Source: a virus (Duplodnaviria; Caudoviricetes). Taken from it: a stretch of DNA of 54,146 bases. Below the pieces are notes generated by a model. That model saw nothing but the letters and a program-made list of their open reading frames with translations, ran no database searches and was not told the DNA's origin. The position numbers were made by a program, and so were the translations under genes. Shown one piece after another: positions 18,144-27,975 of the stretch; position 1 is the stretch's first letter; each line of letters starts with the position of its first letter. The stretch lies in the IMG/VR virus record IMGVR_UViG_3300032242_001353, positions 1 to 54,146 of that record; one strand, 5' to 3'.

Positions 18144-19522
18144 TATTGATTCCCAATTTTTCCTAAAGTCTCAGTTTTAACACGATGTAATGCTCTCTTT
18201 GCAATATCTTTTGCACGAGAAACAGGACTTGAAGTTGTATTCTCACCTTTAGCAAAGTCTGGTTGTGAACCAACACCAGCATCCATCATTGGATCCTTTC
18301 CTTCACCAACAACTGCACCCGGCTTAATTTCAACTTCAGGTGAATGTGTTACTCTTGAAGCACGTGCAGGTGTAGAAGATAAACTTGGTTCATCATCTTC
18401 TGGATTAGGACGCTTGATACCATCACCTTCAATCTTTACTTTGAAAGATTTGAAATCATTTGACTTTGCAACACCTTGTACACGACCACGTAACATATCA
18501 GTTGCAGTGTCCGAATCAGCTGATGCTTGATGTGAAATGGTTGATACTTCATCAATTTGTTCAACATCTTCTTTGATTGGAGTATGTCTTTCTACACGTG
18601 ACAAACGGCAACCATCTTTACATTTTTGGTGTGCTTGACGAATAGCATCTTCATCGTCTTTTGCAACAAACAGATTCATTCCTGTCCACTCACCTTTTTC
18701 ATTTTCATAGTGAGCAGCATGAGTATGAGATTCATTCTTTTCTTGTAATTCGAATGCCTCTTTCATCTTCTTTTGTTTGTCCCACTCTTTGTTTGTCTTT
18801 ACATTATATTCTTTTCCACCAGGTCCAATATCTGCAACTCTTGTACCAATTGGTTTATTTGTTTTTACAACTGCTGGTTTAGTTTCTTCACCCATGGCCT
18901 GCTTAGTTGCAGTTGCATACATTACTTCTTTCCAACGAGTACCATATTTCTTCTTAAAGTAATCAGTCTTGTCCTTCATTGACATTACGATTTTTTCTTT
19001 TTTTTTAGTCTCAGCCGATGTCATTTCACGTTCAAGTAAACGATCTTTGAATGATGAATCTTCTTTAACAGTAGACTTTTGGCCTTTGTGCATAGTTACA
19101 TTGTGATGGCCAACTTCTTTCTTAGCAATCTTCTTTGCTTGAGGAGCTGTAACACAATCAGCATCTTCTTTCATATCTTTTGCTGGTTCATCTTTCTGTT
19201 TACCACCACCATACTTTGAACCTTGTTTCTTACCAGCACCACCACTTGGTTGTGGTTTGTTTTTATCTTTTAGGTATTTTTCCATATCATCGAAGCCTTC
19301 TTCCATCTCGATAGCTTCTTTATGTGACTTTGCAGTAACAGGATACTTTTTACCTTGAAACTCAAAGTGTGACTGGTTTGCTTTCTTAGCAGCATGAGCG
19401 GCCTTATGGAAACCTGTTTCATCAAGGTCACCATCGTTTATCATGCGTTTCTTTTCAGTGCCTTCAAGAATTTTCTTGACTGCTTCGGCTACTGGATCGG
19501 TTTTTAATTTGTTGTAGAACAT
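18143..19522 (-). CDS. large charged modular protein, putative internal head protein
   Basis: Modules such as FHKAAHAAKK...FEFQGKKYPV and EREMT...VMYATATKQA separated by xxE sites. Confidence 0.7.
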   Translation of the reverse strand: MFYNKLKTDPVAEAVKKILEGTEKKRMINDGDLDETGFHKAAHAAKKANQSHFEFQGKKYPVTAKSHKEAIEMEEGFDDMEKYLKDKNKPQPSGGAGKKQGSKYGGGKQKDEPAKDMKEDADCVTAPQAKKIAKKEVGHHNVTMHKGQKSTVKEDSSFKDRLLEREMTSAETKKKEKIVMSMKDKTDYFKKKYGTRWKEVMYATATKQAMGEETKPAVVKTNKPIGTRVADIGPGGKEYNVKTNKEWDKQKKMKEAFELQEKNESHTHAAHYENEKGEWTGMNLFVAKDDEDAIRQAHQKCKDGCRLSRVERHTPIKEDVEQIDEVSTISHQASADSDTATDMLRGRVQGVAKSNDFKSFKVKIEGDGIKRPNPEDDEPSLSSTPARASRVTHSPEVEIKPGAVVGEGKDPMMDAGVGSQPDFAKGENTTSSPVSRAKDIAKRALHRVKTETLGKIGNQ

Positions 19523-21459
19523 TATTTTGCTCCTTTAATTTTCTTCTTTTTAATTTTGAGACCGTAATCGTTTTGTATGTTGCGATTCACATCTTTATAT
19601 GAATCCATACCTTCTTTATTACTGGCACCACCTAATACGCCACCTAGTCCAGAATCACCGACACCGGGGTCATCAATGGCTTCTTTTACTTTTCTAAACT
19701 TACTAAAAGGTTTCTTTTCTGCTAGTGGATTCGGTTGCGGACCTTTCGTTAGTCCTGCAAAATTTGACACATCAGCATTACTTGCTGTCGGTGTAACCGT
19801 ATCTTCACTGTATGTTTGATTTCCTAAGCCGGCGCCTGCTGCGGCACCCTGTCCACCTGCTCGGGTATCATACTCAGGTCCAATGCCTGGTGGTCTTCCG
19901 AGTTTAGATGCACTTATCGATTTATCGCCAAATTTCTTTCTCTTTATTTTGTCTTTGTCTTGTTGGAAGTTGGACTCTTTTGGCTCTGGCCTGACCGTGA
20001 TCGTTGGGCTTTTGGCTTCTGTGTACGATCTGAAGGTGTAACCGCCTCGCTTTTTATTTCCATCCCACTTGATGTCTCCGGCACTTGGGTCTCCTGCTCG
20101 GTTGTCTGGCTTGATGTCTGCTGGACTATCGGCTCTTTCACCTGAGCTGTTCTTTCTGTAAACTCCAACGGATGCTTGTCGCTTTTCGTTGAACTTTTGA
20201 ATAAACTTAGGAGTTTGCTTAACATTTTGTGTTTCCTTGAACAAAGATTTAATTGACTCATTTATATTTAACATATTATGGTTTTCTAACCAAGAATATG
20301 CAATATCATTCGTTGTTTTAGTTTCAATAAAGGTATTTATCGTTTGATAGGTGTCGGTTATTGATTCCTCAATATCTTCCAAAGATGCACTATTATCAAA
20401 GTGGATAAAGTTCTCAAACAGATTTGAATATACTTCCTTGTTCTTTTGTGCTTGTTGCCACTTGTCTTGTCTGACTGATTCGATAATCATCTTTGTCAGT
20501 TTTGCATTTCGATCTTTGCTAGCCTCATTTGTGGTATCTACAAATACCATCAAGGTTTCATAACCCAATTCTTCTAGTTCTTCCTTGATGTGAAGTATCT
20601 TTTCTTCAGTATCAGCAGGACCATTAATGATTAGAGGTGAACGGTTACGCAAGGCTTCTCTACGATAGTCGTTTGATTTCTCAGATAATCTTTGTTTATC
20701 ATTCAAGTAATCCAGTGCTTGTACTGAATTGAGTTCTACTGCCTTTGCTTCAGCAATGGCCTCACGTAAGACAACATCTTTACCAGAACCAGGTCCACCA
20801 GTAACAAATACTGCTTTAAACATACCACGATTAACAGATTCGTTTAGACCCATACCTTTACGTACATCACGCATTAATTCTTTTGCATGATGATCTGGCA
20901 CATGACTAGGTACACCTTGTCTAAATGAACTGAAATCATTGTTCTTAGCGTGTTCACGCATTTTAGTACCAGACATACCTTCAGCACCTTCAGCATCAGG
21001 ATCACGGTGACCAGCAGAAACTACTTCAATCTTTTTGAAGTGATAAGGTACATGGCCATCTTTATTTGGCTTACCATTATATTGATGTAACTTATCATGA
21101 TATTCTTTTACACGATCTGAACCAGCAACAACAACTAAGTGGTCATGTCCTGCTTTATGTAACTGCTCAGCAGCATGAAAGATTGTTGGATGAGTTTTAG
21201 ATGAAGCCTTGAAATTAACACCTGGAGCATATCTCTTTAGATGTTTAATTTTTTGTGCAGATGATAATGGATTCTTCTTACTATCTTGTGAATGAGAAAT
21301 CATTACAACGTGTTTAGCACCACGTTTCTCTGCCTCAGACTTTACCTTGTCAACAAGTTTTAGATGACCAGTTGTTGGTGGATTCATTCGACCAAAGGCC
21401 ATCACGACAGGCTTACTTGTCTTTTCTTTTTCCTCTACTAACTCTAGGAATCTTTTCAT
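19522..21459 (-). CDS. HxGH nucleotidyltransferase fused to a zeta/PNK-like P-loop kinase domain and a disordered tail
   Basis: FGRMNPPTTGH, SHSQD.KKNPL, VAGSDRV, SGTKMR; then FKAVFVTGGPGSGKD...LEELGYETLMVFVDT. Confidence 0.85.
   Translation of the reverse strand: MKRFLELVEEKEKTSKPVVMAFGRMNPPTTGHLKLVDKVKSEAEKRGAKHVVMISHSQDSKKNPLSSAQKIKHLKRYAPGVNFKASSKTHPTIFHAAEQLHKAGHDHLVVVAGSDRVKEYHDKLHQYNGKPNKDGHVPYHFKKIEVVSAGHRDPDAEGAEGMSGTKMREHAKNNDFSSFRQGVPSHVPDHHAKELMRDVRKGMGLNESVNRGMFKAVFVTGGPGSGKDVVLREAIAEAKAVELNSVQALDYLNDKQRLSEKSNDYRREALRNRSPLIINGPADTEEKILHIKEELEELGYETLMVFVDTTNEASKDRNAKLTKMIIESVRQDKWQQAQKNKEVYSNLFENFIHFDNSASLEDIEESITDTYQTINTFIETKTTNDIAYSWLENHNMLNINESIKSLFKETQNVKQTPKFIQKFNEKRQASVGVYRKNSSGERADSPADIKPDNRAGDPSAGDIKWDGNKKRGGYTFRSYTEAKSPTITVRPEPKESNFQQDKDKIKRKKFGDKSISASKLGRPPGIGPEYDTRAGGQGAAAGAGLGNQTYSEDTVTPTASNADVSNFAGLTKGPQPNPLAEKKPFSKFRKVKEAIDDPGVGDSGLGGVLGGASNKEGMDSYKDVNRNIQNDYGLKIKKKKIKGAK
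19944..20225 (-). CDS. putative overprinted gene (93 aa) in an alternative frame of 19522..21459
   Basis: AAGGAAACACAAA-ATG; MLSKLLSLFKSS amphipathic start, S/T/Q/K-rich body. Confidence 0.5.
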   Translation of the reverse strand: MLSKLLSLFKSSTKSDKHPLEFTERTAQVKEPIVQQTSSQTTEQETQVPETSSGMEIKSEAVTPSDRTQKPKAQRSRSGQSQKSPTSNKTKTK

Positions 21460-22457
21460 TGATCTTCTGACTTTCTAAAAACTAATGGTTTATGGCCTAA
21501 TGTTTTAGCCATTGCAGATAAATGTTCATCATCATCTAAATCAACATGACTTTTATCTGCGTGTTTAACCATAAATTGTATGGTACGTTTCATTGGATCA
21601 TCTGTTTTTTGACGAACTCTCCATTGCCCTTGGCCTGTCATCTTAGGTAGGCCATGGCCAGTTTTATCTTTTGCACCAACTCTATATGTTCCATGTTTAC
21701 CAACTTGAACAACATCAACATGATGATCTTTTAAGTATGAGTTTGCTGGTTCTAAATCATCGTGGTCGAATTGAACAATCTTAGCTTTAGGACCACCAGG
21801 TACTAGACCTCTTGGTTTGTGGTGCTTGTTCATGTGTTCAATGATACCTTTTGCTTGAATGTGTTTTGCATAACCTGGACGATTCTTCCTATTTTCTTCA
21901 GGTACGTGCCATCCACCTTTTTTCTTATCGTATGCAATGGTGAGTTGGCCGAATGCTGCCGTTTTACCTAATTTTGTTTCACCTTGTAATGCAGATTCAT
22001 TATGTACTTGACCTTTATGCTTGGTCTTATTTTTCTTATTGATTAAATTGAAATCATTACCAGATGAGAAACCGGCAGCATCACCTTCCATCAATCCATG
22101 TTTCTTTAATCGTTCAACAAATTTTTGTTCGTAATCAAAACCTTTATTCTGTTTCAATTCACCTGGCTTATGAATCTTTGAAACAGGTATCCAATGTTTC
22201 TGTTTAGTGTTTTCATCTGTGGCATGAACATGAAGTTTACCATCTAGATACTCAGATTTATGTAAACGTAACTTAGAACCAGCTGGAACTCCTTCGTGTT
22301 CTTTACCTAATGTGTGAGTATATTCTTTTGAACCAATATGTGGTGTGATATACTGTCTTTCATGTCTAGGTGCATCCATACCAACACCTTTGATGAATCC
22401 ACGACCCATCTGTTCATCAAGTTGTTCACAAAAAGATTTAAATTTTAAAAAGTTCAT
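21456..22457 (-). CDS. putative PD-(D/E)XK-like nuclease with capsid-targeting-like N-terminus
   Basis: GFDYEQKF...ND...GETK...FGQ pattern; MNFLKFKSFCEQLDE start. Confidence 0.55.
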   Translation of the reverse strand: MNFLKFKSFCEQLDEQMGRGFIKGVGMDAPRHERQYITPHIGSKEYTHTLGKEHEGVPAGSKLRLHKSEYLDGKLHVHATDENTKQKHWIPVSKIHKPGELKQNKGFDYEQKFVERLKKHGLMEGDAAGFSSGNDFNLINKKNKTKHKGQVHNESALQGETKLGKTAAFGQLTIAYDKKKGGWHVPEENRKNRPGYAKHIQAKGIIEHMNKHHKPRGLVPGGPKAKIVQFDHDDLEPANSYLKDHHVDVVQVGKHGTYRVGAKDKTGHGLPKMTGQGQWRVRQKTDDPMKRTIQFMVKHADKSHVDLDDDEHLSAMAKTLGHKPLVFRKSEDQ

Positions 22458-23653
22458 TTTCTCACCTTTAAAAGATTAGCTCTTGCAAATTCAGCACGAT
22501 TAACCAATTTAGTTGGTTCACCAGCATGATTGACAACAAATCCTTCGGGTTTGCTTCTCTTATTACCTATATGATGTTCAAGCCCACCTTCATGTTGTTC
22601 TAGGTGAGATACTAACACATTTTTTGCCTTTTGTAAATGGTTATGCATACTTAAAAGGTTATCATAGTGTTGTGTATTTGCATCAATATGATTATGGTGT
22701 TGTTTTAAACTTGCACCAGAGAGTGATTGGGCTCTTGATACACCAGCTGGTGTTTTTAATTTTTTAACTTTTGAAGCAAGGTCTTTATCATGTTTATTTT
22801 GTAAGAATGATTTAAAACCTTCTGCATGAGGTTCTTCTCCTGTTCTTACTGTATGATTAATGTATTGTTCTAAATGGCCACCTGAACCACGATGCATTTC
22901 TGTTGCTTTATACATTGTGCCTCTGTTAGCATCATGTATTTGTTGTGCAGCATGAATGTGTTCTTTATATTCTTGTTGTGCTTCTTCAGGATAATGAATT
23001 TGTTTTGTATCATGATTTGCAGATTGATGCCACACATCTGGATGATGAGAGAAATTATGTAAATCAGGATGCGGATCAGCTGACATGGTATGGATGTCTT
23101 TACCATGATATTGAGTATGTACAATTATACCCATTTTAGAATTCTTAATCTTTTCTCCCATATCACCTTTTGCAGTATAGCTAATTGTGTTAGGAGTAAA
23201 GGAAACTTTGCCACCTTTTTTCTCTTTTTTATCGCCTTCAGAATACATTAGATCACCCTGATACACACCAGACTTAGGTGAAATCTTACGTAGGTGATTA
23301 AGTGCTGAATGTAGTTTTTCCACCAGACCAGGTGCATGGCCATGGTTCTTCATTATATCTTTATGTGTATAGTTAATTTTTGGATCTTTGTTAAAGGCCG
23401 ACTTACTTGCCACAAAGAACTTACCTGTTTCTGGATGGTGTCCGAAAACAACAGCAGGAGAACCATCATATTTCATGGTCAACGCACTACTGTGGCCACC
23501 ACTTTTTATGTGTTCATGTGCCTGATTCAAAGCATTTACTGCGTGTTTAAACCCCTCAGAACCATGTTGTAATGGTCTGTCCTCGGCATGAACGATATGC
23601 TTGAGTTTTTCTCCCTCGGCTTCTTCTACGAGAAACTTTTTAAAAGATAACAT
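22454..23653 (-). CDS. ATP-dependent ligase/nucleotidyltransferase-like protein (DUF6267-like from recall)
   Basis: Motif I KYDG, QGDLM, EGFVV, KLVNR; MLSFKKFLVEE N-terminus. Confidence 0.7.
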   Translation of the reverse strand: MLSFKKFLVEEAEGEKLKHIVHAEDRPLQHGSEGFKHAVNALNQAHEHIKSGGHSSALTMKYDGSPAVVFGHHPETGKFFVASKSAFNKDPKINYTHKDIMKNHGHAPGLVEKLHSALNHLRKISPKSGVYQGDLMYSEGDKKEKKGGKVSFTPNTISYTAKGDMGEKIKNSKMGIIVHTQYHGKDIHTMSADPHPDLHNFSHHPDVWHQSANHDTKQIHYPEEAQQEYKEHIHAAQQIHDANRGTMYKATEMHRGSGGHLEQYINHTVRTGEEPHAEGFKSFLQNKHDKDLASKVKKLKTPAGVSRAQSLSGASLKQHHNHIDANTQHYDNLLSMHNHLQKAKNVLVSHLEQHEGGLEHHIGNKRSKPEGFVVNHAGEPTKLVNRAEFARANLLKVRK

Positions 23654-23695
23654 TGTTTTCCTTCAGAATTGCAACACACTTTGGTTGCCCTGTTT

Positions 23696-23703
23696 TATTT
23701 ATA
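23696..23703 (-). promoter_or_regulatory. T4-type late promoter TATAAATA
   Basis: Perfect consensus heading the 13.0-23.7 kb block; short GCAAC/GTTGC hairpin in the leader. Confidence 0.8.
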
Positions 23704-23707
23704 CAAC

Positions 23708-24415
23708 TTATATGTAGTGTAGATTTTCCCGTTCAAACATACAGTCCCCTTTGGCTGCATCGTTTCGTTTTTCTAGGTGAACCTTAATTTTTAGTGCTTC
23801 CGCAACAGCATATATTAGACTTTGGTTTGCAACCAGATGTCCAGAATGTTTCAATATTAGTGCAAGTTCCAAGGCATTATTTAATGGATAATAGGGTATT
23901 TGACCATACAGACCCATAAAAATACTGTGTTCCTCCATGGTTCCGACAAATACAGGTTTAACATTTTGATCTGCCAATAAATCTACATAAAACTGATTCT
24001 TCTGTTCACGGTCATGTAAATATATAGTTCTAGACACCAACGTTATGCCATCAAATGGCATGGCCAGTCGCATATCTGGGATCTCTATCCATGGCTTATT
24101 GTGAAAGTCAACATCGTTTGGTTTCTCAAAAAACTCAAAATAACTTCCAGCCAATGTTCCATGGTATCTAACATTCATTATTGATCTAAATTTATCCAGA
24201 TCATAATCCACTTCTTCACCAGACCAGGTTCTTATTTCACCAATAAAGTCTTGTGCTTTTAATAAAGGTATCAGAAAGTTGTGGGCTTCTTTGTTGAAGA
24301 AATATTCTGGGAAATCTTCTAGGTATAGTATTTTCGCACCACCCATTTGTTTGATAAAAGGTAATGATAGTATCACATCTCCCATTTTACCACGATGTTT
24401 GAATGTTAGTTCCAT
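23708..24415 (-). CDS. GT9-like (heptosyltransferase-type GT-B) glycosyltransferase
   Basis: G.MGDVILSLP N-terminal motif; FVG...E; LELALIL....LVANQS. Confidence 0.65.
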   Translation of the reverse strand: MELTFKHRGKMGDVILSLPFIKQMGGAKILYLEDFPEYFFNKEAHNFLIPLLKAQDFIGEIRTWSGEEVDYDLDKFRSIMNVRYHGTLAGSYFEFFEKPNDVDFHNKPWIEIPDMRLAMPFDGITLVSRTIYLHDREQKNQFYVDLLADQNVKPVFVGTMEEHSIFMGLYGQIPYYPLNNALELALILKHSGHLVANQSLIYAVAEALKIKVHLEKRNDAAKGDCMFERENLHYI

Positions 24416-25116
24416 CTCGTACCTTCGAAATCCAACCAGTATGATTCTAATTTACCTTTGCCACCTAACATATGAAATGGCATTGTATGCATCAGTCCTC
24501 TGTTTGACATAACATAACGTAAACTTTCTGGACCACCAACTAAAGACCATGCAAAGTGAGATGTGCCAGTATCACCACCAATAAACCTTCTACAAGTTTT
24601 GATGTGCTGTAAGTTATCTAAGAAATTTGTACTTATCGTGTAATTACTATAGTCACCTGGTGGTAACATTTTCTCATCAGTAATACAGATCACTCTTTCC
24701 CATTCAGGATAATTGACAAAGTATTTTTCTATCTTTTCAAAGAAAACTTCTTTAGGCCAATTACGATATGTGTTATACGGTGCATCAAAGAGTGGAAACA
24801 TTACAACTTTATTTGTAACTTTTTCTTCGTTTGGTATAGAAACTAAATCACCACAGATTGCTCTAAAGTCCCACACATTAACTCTATTCCACGTTAATTC
24901 TTGCATACCAACATTCTCAGCAAAATAGTTTGTATTCTCTTTCATGTAAGAGAAGAATTGTTGGCAGTGTGGTGCTTCATTGATAGTTCCTGGTTGCATA
25001 AAGAATTTCAACTCAGGATGATTATTCCTTAGATATTGAATGATATTACATATACCAACAATATCACCAACACGAGCTGGACCACCAAAAGTACCAGGTT
25101 TAATGTTTAATATCAT
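24406..25116 (-). CDS. GT9-like glycosyltransferase
   Basis: RVGDIV; FIGGDTGTSHFA matches the GT9 DSG/DTG..H motif. Confidence 0.65.
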   Translation of the reverse strand: MILNIKPGTFGGPARVGDIVGICNIIQYLRNNHPELKFFMQPGTINEAPHCQQFFSYMKENTNYFAENVGMQELTWNRVNVWDFRAICGDLVSIPNEEKVTNKVVMFPLFDAPYNTYRNWPKEVFFEKIEKYFVNYPEWERVICITDEKMLPPGDYSNYTISTNFLDNLQHIKTCRRFIGGDTGTSHFAWSLVGGPESLRYVMSNRGLMHTMPFHMLGGKGKLESYWLDFEGTRWN

Positions 25117-25850
25117 TCGAAATCTTTTGCGTGTATTAGTTTAGATTTTCTATTTGCGTAGAAGTGTTTTTTGAAAATTGAGTTGATGTCTTTACCATTA
25201 TCCCAATTAATATTCTCACCGTTTCTAAATTCAGGATTCCAATCTTCTGCTTTCCATATAATAAACTGTTCTTTATTTAATAGGTCGGCCAATACAGATA
25301 CACCAGTTAGATTGGTGATAAATGGTTTTGTAGATTCTTTGATGTAATAACAATTAGTCAATAGATCATTATTGTAATCAAGGAAATTAAATTTGTCATT
25401 CATGTGTGATAGTACACCAGTTGCTCTGCGTGAATCAATATCACCAACGTTCCAACGATCACCAGCATAAGACTTATCATCGATAGGTAAATCTAACTTT
25501 GGAAATTTAATTTCAAAATCATCATCTACTTCAAATTTAAAATTGTAAGTATCTTTTAGAAAATTCTCATAACGACAGGTTTCAATAGGCCTAATAACGC
25601 TATTCCTATCTTCTCTGGTCCATGAACTCAGTACAACAACATTGTTATTGTATAAGAAAATCTCATCATCAAAATTAACATCAGAGAATAACTCTTGATA
25701 CATTAAGAATTCTTTAATGCCTTTGAATTTCTTTAATTCTTTTCGAATGATAAAATCTAATTTACCATAACTCTTAACAAGGCCTGAGATTACAGGTAAT
25801 GCATTTAGGAAATCACCTAAGTTACCAGTTGAATTAAGATATACTCTCAT
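25113..25850 (-). CDS. GT9-like glycosyltransferase
   Basis: TGNLGDFLNALPVI; FITNLTGVSVLA. Confidence 0.6.
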   Translation of the reverse strand: MRVYLNSTGNLGDFLNALPVISGLVKSYGKLDFIIRKELKKFKGIKEFLMYQELFSDVNFDDEIFLYNNNVVVLSSWTREDRNSVIRPIETCRYENFLKDTYNFKFEVDDDFEIKFPKLDLPIDDKSYAGDRWNVGDIDSRRATGVLSHMNDKFNFLDYNNDLLTNCYYIKESTKPFITNLTGVSVLADLLNKEQFIIWKAEDWNPEFRNGENINWDNGKDINSIFKKHFYANRKSKLIHAKDFE

Positions 25851-26634
25851 TATAATCCTTAAACGCTACAAACCAATCATCTTCTTTTACAGGATGCAAT
25901 TCAAACACTTCAGGTAAAGAAAGATATGACATCAATAGTAATGTTTGGTCATCATCAATCAAACCACTCTTTAACAAGTTGTTCAGGTTATGATTCATCA
26001 TTGAATAAAGATTATTCCAACCTGTTCTACCTGATACAATACATGGTCCAGTCATATACACAATATTGTTAGCAATGATATTGATTAGTGGTCGACCATC
26101 GTATTCACGTAGATTGAATAGATGAATCTTGTACTTATCAAAATTATATTGCCACCTAGTCTTACCGTTTAATGCATCAGCAGTTCTACAATAACCGAAA
26201 TCCATCCATGCAACCAATTCATTAGTTGCAAAACCATTCTCGATGGCCTGCATTGCAAAGGTAGATTTTAATGAATTGACCAAAACATAATCAGGATTCC
26301 AGTATTCTGGATTTGATCTTTGATTCTCACTGATCTTTGATTGATATTCTGGATTCTGTTGTACTTGAGAAATACGTTTTCTTAATTCATCATAATTATA
26401 CTTGAAATCAATTACAACTATTTCCGTTTTTCTGTCACCACGTAATTCTTTAACTCTACTTTCAAACTCAGGTGCAGTATAGACAACCATTTCATTTTCA
26501 AGTTTAGCCATGTGACTAAATCGTTCAAAGTAGGTGTCATTAGTTCTTTGTAGATAATGTGGCAAACCTTTATCAGGTGTCCATTCACCACGACCTATAT
26601 CAAAGAAGGCCGTTACAATTGTAATGTCATTCAT
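25834..26634 (-). CDS. HtrL/YibB (WlaTC) family protein
   Basis: ITIVTAFFDIGRG.W, Y..F..MA.L.N, NPEYW, AWMDFGYCR, DDDQTLLL. Confidence 0.85.
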   Translation of the reverse strand: MNDITIVTAFFDIGRGEWTPDKGLPHYLQRTNDTYFERFSHMAKLENEMVVYTAPEFESRVKELRGDRKTEIVVIDFKYNYDELRKRISQVQQNPEYQSKISENQRSNPEYWNPDYVLVNSLKSTFAMQAIENGFATNELVAWMDFGYCRTADALNGKTRWQYNFDKYKIHLFNLREYDGRPLINIIANNIVYMTGPCIVSGRTGWNNLYSMMNHNLNNLLKSGLIDDDQTLLLMSYLSLPEVFELHPVKEDDWFVAFKDYNESIS

Positions 26635-27260
26635 TTCTTTTTCGCCACTATAGTTAAGATGTTAGGCCACATATCAACTGGTTTTCTAATTTCATCTTCT
26701 TCATTACCAACGTGTAGTATTTCATAATTTGCTTCAGTTAGTAAGCCAACTAAACCATGCATGTCAAAGTAATGGAAGTGTTCGTTGTCTTTCTTATGCT
26801 TCCATTTACTAAACCATTCTGGTCCTAGAAACTCATGGAACCAAGGCACAGATATAACCACATTCTTTGTTCTTAGGCCTTTTAAGAATGTAACCAAATC
26901 TTCATCTTCAATATGTTCAATTGAATCAAAGAATGTTATTACATCAACTTCAACTTCATTAATATCGTTGATACGTTGAACGCCTTTTGGTGCAGGGTAA
27001 TCTGATACATCATATGCATATGTCTTACATCTCATGTCACGGCAGTAATTTATAAATGCACCGTTACCATAACCAAAGTCACAAACAGAATTAAATTCTC
27101 TGACATGATTCTTCACTACATTCCAACGAATCCTCGACATTGCATCAGATGGTATTCTGTTATAGTAATTACTATACTCAATAGAGTACGTTGGACCAGG
27201 TCCAGTTCGTTCAACTTGATGCCAGTGACCAGGTCTTAATTGTTTAAAGTTATCAATCAT
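26631..27260 (-). CDS. class I SAM-dependent methyltransferase
   Basis: DFGYGNGAF, YDV, TFFDSIEH, ISVP, EHFHYF; start moved to MIDNFK. Confidence 0.85.
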   Translation of the reverse strand: MIDNFKQLRPGHWHQVERTGPGPTYSIEYSNYYNRIPSDAMSRIRWNVVKNHVREFNSVCDFGYGNGAFINYCRDMRCKTYAYDVSDYPAPKGVQRINDINEVEVDVITFFDSIEHIEDEDLVTFLKGLRTKNVVISVPWFHEFLGPEWFSKWKHKKDNEHFHYFDMHGLVGLLTEANYEILHVGNEEDEIRKPVDMWPNILTIVAKKK

Positions 27261-27975
27261 AATAGTTTTTATATCCATGGACGATTTCATATTGACCTTT
27301 CAATGTATCTAAATCAAATGTCTTAGATACAGGAAAGATGTTGTACATTTTTTTATTGCCAGTATATGGTTTACCAGATAAAAAGAAGAAATATGTAGTA
27401 AAGCAGTCCAGCCAACCTAACGTAGGATACAGGTTATCCTGTATATTGTCTAGATTATTTTCAAAGAAATGATAAACTTTACCAAAATTTTGTAACACAG
27501 TTTCCACTTTAAATATACTACCACCACCACTACCATAAGAACGTGTCTTTGGTAGTGTGCCACAAAACTGTTCGCAGAAATTGATTAGTGGTTCTGGTAT
27601 AAGATTACCATCTACAATATCATGTCCTGCAATTTCCCAATCATCTTGCAATGTAACTTTATCAATTAGTACCACATCATCTTCAACCATCATAATATGT
27701 GTCGAGTTACATTTGAGGCAAGCAATATAGAACCTTTTCAACCACTCCAGAACTTTCTCTTTTCTGTATCCGTATGGTTGAACGGGATAACCTAAGTTAT
27801 CATTGCAATATAAAAAATCACAATTATATTTCTTGGCCAAATCGGTGTGGTCAACACCACCATCACCAATCAACATATAATAAGAATCAGGATAGAATTG
27901 CCTAATAGTCTGTAAGGAGAATTCTGTTGCTCTTTTATTATTATATACTGTACTGAAGAATGAAAGGGAGGTCAA
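27253..27975 (-). CDS. GT-A fold glycosyltransferase (TTG start)
   Basis: IRQFYPD...DGG, VEDDV, GGGSIF. Confidence 0.7.
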   Translation of the reverse strand: MTSLSFFSTVYNNKRATEFSLQTIRQFYPDSYYMLIGDGGVDHTDLAKKYNCDFLYCNDNLGYPVQPYGYRKEKVLEWLKRFYIACLKCNSTHIMMVEDDVVLIDKVTLQDDWEIAGHDIVDGNLIPEPLINFCEQFCGTLPKTRSYGSGGGSIFKVETVLQNFGKVYHFFENNLDNIQDNLYPTLGWLDCFTTYFFFLSGKPYTGNKKMYNIFPVSKTFDLDTLKGQYEIVHGYKNYYD

